DNA from: Antedon mediterranea
Taxonomy: Eukaryota > Animalia > Echinodermata
Assembly (NCBI RefSeq): GCF_964355755.1
Contig: NC_092674.1
Coordinates: 12,710,001 to 12,774,000 of the forward strand
Direction of reading: 5' to 3'
DNA: 64,000 nucleotides
How positions within the stretch are numbered: the stretch's first letter is position 1; every line of letters starts with the position of its first letter. The notes beneath the pieces were generated by a model. It was not told the origin of the DNA, did not search any database, and saw nothing but the letters and a program-made list of their open reading frames with translations. This document shows, in pieces, positions 63,423-64,000 of the stretch. The position numbers and the translations under genes were made by a program.

Positions 63423-63841
63423 GTAGGGTATTTATATATAGATATGCATAATATTCGCTCAGTGCAGACCACCTAATTATATTATATATATTAATTATTT
63501 AGATAATTATGGTAGATCGAGTTCATTGTATTTCCAACAAAGATTGACACAATAACATCTTGAAATAGTAGCTTGATGCTAAACATTGCTCTGCCTTACC
63601 TTTCTTTAGTCGATGTCTTTCGCGAAAGACAACAACAATAGTTTTACATTACATTCATGTGAATAATGGACGAACAAATCACCTTGTTTGGTCCAATCAT
63701 TAATCAAGTGCTTCACTCGTTCAGTGCCCACCTTAACCAGATGAGACGCATAAACCAATACGTCTGAACAGGGGCTGCCATAAGTGTCAGCAGTTATGAT
63801 TTCAAATGCCTAATGGAACCAAGCTTCATATATACATTATA

Positions 63842-63951
63842 TACAGCACCCGATATTCCCAGATTATTGTCAAAGCTCTAACCGGACCAAACGTTGCTTA
63901 ACTTCGGCGACCTGGCGAGAACCAATGTTTCAACGTGGTAAAGCCGTATGC
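63842..63951 (-). pseudogene. Degenerate 5S rRNA copy (pseudogene or head of a 5S-derived SINE)
   Basis: Minus strand GCATACGGCTTTACCACGTTGAAA...GGTTCTCG...CCGAAGTTAAGCAACG...CTGGGAATATCGGGTGCTGTA matches invertebrate 5S rRNA as recalled; the region around box C is deleted or mutated. Confidence 0.85.
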
Positions 63952-64000
63952 CTACATTCATTATACTTTAACGCTGACGAAAAATATAATTATAAACAAT

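Overview
AT-rich metazoan nuclear DNA; an invertebrate origin is inferred from the intron style and repeat content. The window is mostly transposable elements: a CR1-clade LINE (6388-8934), a decayed full-length Ty3/Gypsy LTR element (10099-16097), two Rex1/Babar-clade LINEs (one with an uninterrupted ORF), an RTE fragment, non-autonomous Helitrons, many MITEs, tRNA-derived SINEs, a 5S rRNA-derived copy and several satellites. Two spliced host genes lie on the + strand. One is an integrin beta locus (37084-51486): its betaA (I-like) domain exons carry stops and frameshifts, while eight downstream exons (hybrid, EGF, beta-tail, TM, proximal cytoplasmic) form a clean 396-codon frame. The other is the first three exons of an SLC22 organic cation transporter-like gene (59907-63422), with an apparent 1-bp deletion in exon 3. 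I see no prokaryotic or CRISPR system. The best novelty candidate is the asymmetrically decayed 'headless' integrin beta. All coordinates were read by eye and element boundaries are approximate.
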